From Candidatus Eiseniibacteriota bacterium (GTDB taxonomy: Bacteria; Eisenbacteria; RBG-16-71-46): a stretch of DNA of 12,475 bases. The stretch lies in the NCBI GenBank assembly GCA_031366795.1, contig JANLOX010000172.1, positions 1 through 12,475 on the forward strand. Reading direction: 5' to 3'. This document shows, piece by piece, positions 10,130 to 12,475 of the stretch. Position numbers and translations under genes: made by a program. The notes under the pieces were generated by a model that did not search any database, had not been told where the DNA came from, and saw only the letters and a list, made by a program, of their open reading frames with translations. Every line of letters begins with the position of its first letter. Position 1 is the stretch's first letter.

Positions 10130-11785
10130 GTGGCGGATACCGCCTCGTGTAAACACTTCGCCTATGCCACTCGAGAACTCCCCACGCTGGGCCGGACGCT
10201 GAGCGACCGTAAGCGCGGCGCCGCCGCACTCGTGGCCGCGGGCATCCTGGCGAGCCGCATCTTCGGGCTCGTGCGCCAGCGCGTCATCGCGCACTTTTTC
10301 GGTCAGTCGACCGATGCCGCCGACGCCTTCTTCGCGGCCTTCCGCATTCCAAACTTCCTGCAAAATCTGTTCGGCGAGGGCGTGCTCTCGGCCTCGATGA
10401 TCCCCGAGTACACCCGGCTGGTCGCCGCGGGCAAGCCTGACGAAGCGCGCAAACTCGCGGGCGCCGTGGCGGGATTGCTCGGCGCGCTGGTGCTGGTCGT
10501 GGTGGCCGTGGGCGTGACCTTCGCGCCGCAACTCGTCGGCCTGATCGTGCCGGGCTTCGAAGGCACGCGACGCGCGTTGGCGATTTCGCTCGTGCGCATC
10601 GCCTTCCCCGGCTGCGGTGCGCTGGTGATGTCGGCGTGGTGCCTCGCGATCCTGAACAGCCACCGCCGCTTCCTGCTCGCCTACAGCGCGCCGGTCATCT
10701 GGAACATCTCGATCATCGTCGCCACGCTGTGGCCGCACGGCAACCATATCCCTGAGCAGTTGGTGCTGTGGACCGCCTGGGGCGCCGTGGTCGGCAGCGT
10801 GCTGCAGGTCGCGGTGCAACTGCCGTTGTTGCTGACGCTCACCGGAGGCGTGCGCCTGTCGCTCGACTGGCGCGATTCCCGCGTGCGCATCGTGATCACC
10901 AACTTCGTGCCGGTGTTCATCAGCCGCGGCGTGGTGCAGATCAGCGCCTTCATCGATGCCATGATCGCGAGCCTGCTGCCGGTCGGCGCGGTGGCCGTGA
11001 TCTCCAACGCGCAGATGCTCTACCTGCTGCCGGTCAGCCTGTTCGGCATGTCCGTCGCCGCTGCTGAGTTGCCCGAGATGTCGGAGACCGTCGGTGGCGG
11101 CCCCGAGCGGCTCGAGTCGCTGCGCGCGCGCATCGCCTCGGGCAGCGCGCGCATCGCCTACTTCATCGTGCCTTCGGGCGTGGCGTTCCTGTGCCTCGGT
11201 CACCTGATCGCGGGGCTCGTGCTGCAGTCGGGCGCGTTCTCGCAGCGTGACTCCTACTGGGTGTGGGCGACGCTCGCGGGCTCGACGGTGGGCCTGCTCG
11301 CGACATCCGTCGGCCGCCTGCTGACCTCGACCTACTACGCCTTGAACGATACGCGTACGCCCTTGCGCTTCGCGATGCTCCGCGTGGGACTCACGCTGGC
11401 GCTCGGCTACATCGCCGCGATTTACGGGCCACCACTGTTCCATGTTGACGCGCGCTACGGCACGGCGGGACTCACCGCGAGCGCCGGGATGGCCGGCTGG
11501 GTGGAGTTCATCCTGCTGCGCCGCGGGCTGGCGCGACGTATCGGCGCGTTTGGGATGCCGCCGGGAATGCTGCCGCGGCTGTGGGGCGCGGCGCTGGGCG
11601 CCGCGGCACTCGCGTGGGGCTTGCACATGCTGCTGGGCCCGCACGCGCTGCACGGCGTCGCGCGGCTCGGCGAGGCGGCGTTCGTGCTGGTGGCGTACAC
11701 GGTGGCGTATGGCGCGGCAACGCTGGCGCTCAGGCTGCCGATGGCGCGCGAGCTGTGGGGACGCGTGAGCCGCTCGAGCCGCTGA
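10130..11785 (+). CDS. murJ: Lipid II flippase MurJ (MviN); start position uncertain
   Basis: Motifs SRIFGLVRQRVIAHFFG, ADAFFAAFRIPNFLQNLFGEG, LYLLPVSLFG and YYALNDTRTP, with many TM segments. Confidence 0.95.
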   Translation: MADTASCKHFAYATRELPTLGRTLSDRKRGAAALVAAGILASRIFGLVRQRVIAHFFGQSTDAADAFFAAFRIPNFLQNLFGEGVLSASMIPEYTRLVAAGKPDEARKLAGAVAGLLGALVLVVVAVGVTFAPQLVGLIVPGFEGTRRALAISLVRIAFPGCGALVMSAWCLAILNSHRRFLLAYSAPVIWNISIIVATLWPHGNHIPEQLVLWTAWGAVVGSVLQVAVQLPLLLTLTGGVRLSLDWRDSRVRIVITNFVPVFISRGVVQISAFIDAMIASLLPVGAVAVISNAQMLYLLPVSLFGMSVAAAELPEMSETVGGGPERLESLRARIASGSARIAYFIVPSGVAFLCLGHLIAGLVLQSGAFSQRDSYWVWATLAGSTVGLLATSVGRLLTSTYYALNDTRTPLRFAMLRVGLTLALGYIAAIYGPPLFHVDARYGTAGLTASAGMAGWVEFILLRRGLARRIGAFGMPPGMLPRLWGAALGAAALAWGLHMLLGPHALHGVARLGEAAFVLVAYTVAYGAATLALRLPMARELWGRVSRSSR

Positions 11786-11798
11786 TGGATTCGCGGTA

Positions 11799-11827
11799 GC
11801 GGCGGGGCGCGTAACGGCGCCCGCCGC
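11799..11827 (+). terminator. GC-rich hairpin after murJ (possible terminator or 3' stabiliser)
   Basis: Arms gcggcggggcgc and gcgcccgccgc form an 11-bp stem with one bulged G, starting 14 nt after the stop. There is no U-tract. Confidence 0.45.
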
Positions 11828-11844
11828 ACGTGGCCGGCGCTAGC

Positions 11845-11874
11845 TTGACCCTCCCCAAGCCAGACTCCTAAAGT
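11845..11874 (+). promoter_or_regulatory. Sigma70-like promoter for acpS and the biotin carboxylase gene
   Basis: TTGACC (11845-11850), an 18-nt spacer, then TAAAGT (11869-11874). Confidence 0.6.
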
Positions 11875-11910
11875 CGCGGTTCACTCTCATTCATGCGGTT
11901 CGGAGGCGTC

Positions 11911-12291
11911 TTGGCCGTTCGCGGCATTGGCATCGATGTGGTTCAGGTCGACCGCATCAAGGGCTCGCTCGAGCGCTTTGGCGCGCGCTTCGAGGCGCGC
12001 GTGTTCACCGAGGGCGAGCTCGAGTACGCGCGCCGCCACAAGGACCCGCTGCCGCACCTGGCCGCGCGCTTCGCCGCGAAAGAAGCGTTGTTCAAGGCGA
12101 TCGGCACCGGCCTCTCCGGCGGTGTCGGCTGGAAGGACACCGAAGTGATCCAGCCGGGCGGCCGCCAGCCGCAACTCGCCCTGCACGGCATGGCCGCTGA
12201 AGTGTTCCGCACGTTGGGTGCCACGCGCACGCACCTGACGCTCGCGCATGACGCCGGCGTCGCGGTCGCGTGCGTGGTGATCGAGGACTGA
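11911..12291 (+). CDS. acpS: Holo-[acyl-carrier-protein] synthase (4'-phosphopantetheinyl transferase)
   Basis: Motifs [32 protein letters not shown] and HLTLAHD. TTG at 11911, with GGAGG at 11902-11906, is preferred over the ATG at 11893. Confidence 0.95.
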   Translation: MAVRGIGIDVVQVDRIKGSLERFGARFEARVFTEGELEYARRHKDPLPHLAARFAAKEALFKAIGTGLSGGVGWKDTEVIQPGGRQPQLALHGMAAEVFRTLGATRTHLTLAHDAGVAVACVVIED

Positions 12292-12475
12292 TGAAGCGCC
12301 TGCACCGCATTTTGGTCGCCAACCGTGGCGAGATCGCCGTGCGCGTCATTCGCACGGTGCGCGAACTGGGGCTCACCTCGATCGCGGTGTACAGCGAGCC
12401 CGACCGCGACGCCTATCACGTGGTGATGGCCGACGAGGCGTACGCGATCGGCGCCGGGCCTTCGAGCGACAGCTA
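12291..12475 (+). CDS. Biotin carboxylase subunit of an acyl-CoA carboxylase (AccC/PccA/MccA-like), N-terminal fragment
   Basis: Not in the ORF track. Reads [54 protein letters not shown], containing the ANRGEIA signature. The ATG overlaps the acpS stop (TGATG). The exact subtype cannot be determined from ~61 aa. Confidence 0.92.
   Translation, partial: MKRLHRILVANRGEIAVRVIRTVRELGLTSIAVYSEPDRDAYHVVMADEAYAIGAGPSSDS

Noticed and set aside
10017..10229. 71-aa N-terminal extension of the M16 peptidase called by the ORF track
   Set aside because: It overlaps the murJ start region and is Arg-rich like non-coding translation. GTG 10016 has a strong GGAGG and is followed directly by a signal peptide.
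10064..11653. 529-aa minus-strand ORF opposite murJ, and similar antisense ORFs (2161..3216, 7206..8285, 8976..10010)
   Set aside because: Typical shadow ORFs of high-GC coding sequence with no recognisable domain motifs.

Overview
High-GC bacterial chromosomal window made mostly of housekeeping genes. A long minus-strand, largely translationally coupled run reads, in transcription order: secreted PqqL-like M16 zinc peptidase, tgt, yajC, def, fmt, rsmB, kinase-less membrane PASTA protein, rpe, then a ~200-nt structured intergenic stretch and the start of ffh, which runs off the left edge. Divergently on the plus strand lie murJ, then a sigma70-like promoter, acpS and the start of a biotin carboxylase gene. 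No tRNA, rRNA, CRISPR array or transposase is visible. The most unusual points: (1) RsmB carries a ~350-aa Arg/Pro/Gly/Ser-rich N-terminal extension built from nested 78-, 60- and 21-bp repeats, with a duplicated palindromic DNA motif inside it; (2) fmt appears to start at a non-canonical CTG overlapping the def stop codon; (3) the TGT base-binding pocket has atypical residues ([10 protein letters not shown]), and no queA sits next to it; (4) a stand-alone PASTA protein occupies the position held by the PASTA kinase in the Firmicutes-type locus. All family assignments come from motif recognition by eye; no searches were run.
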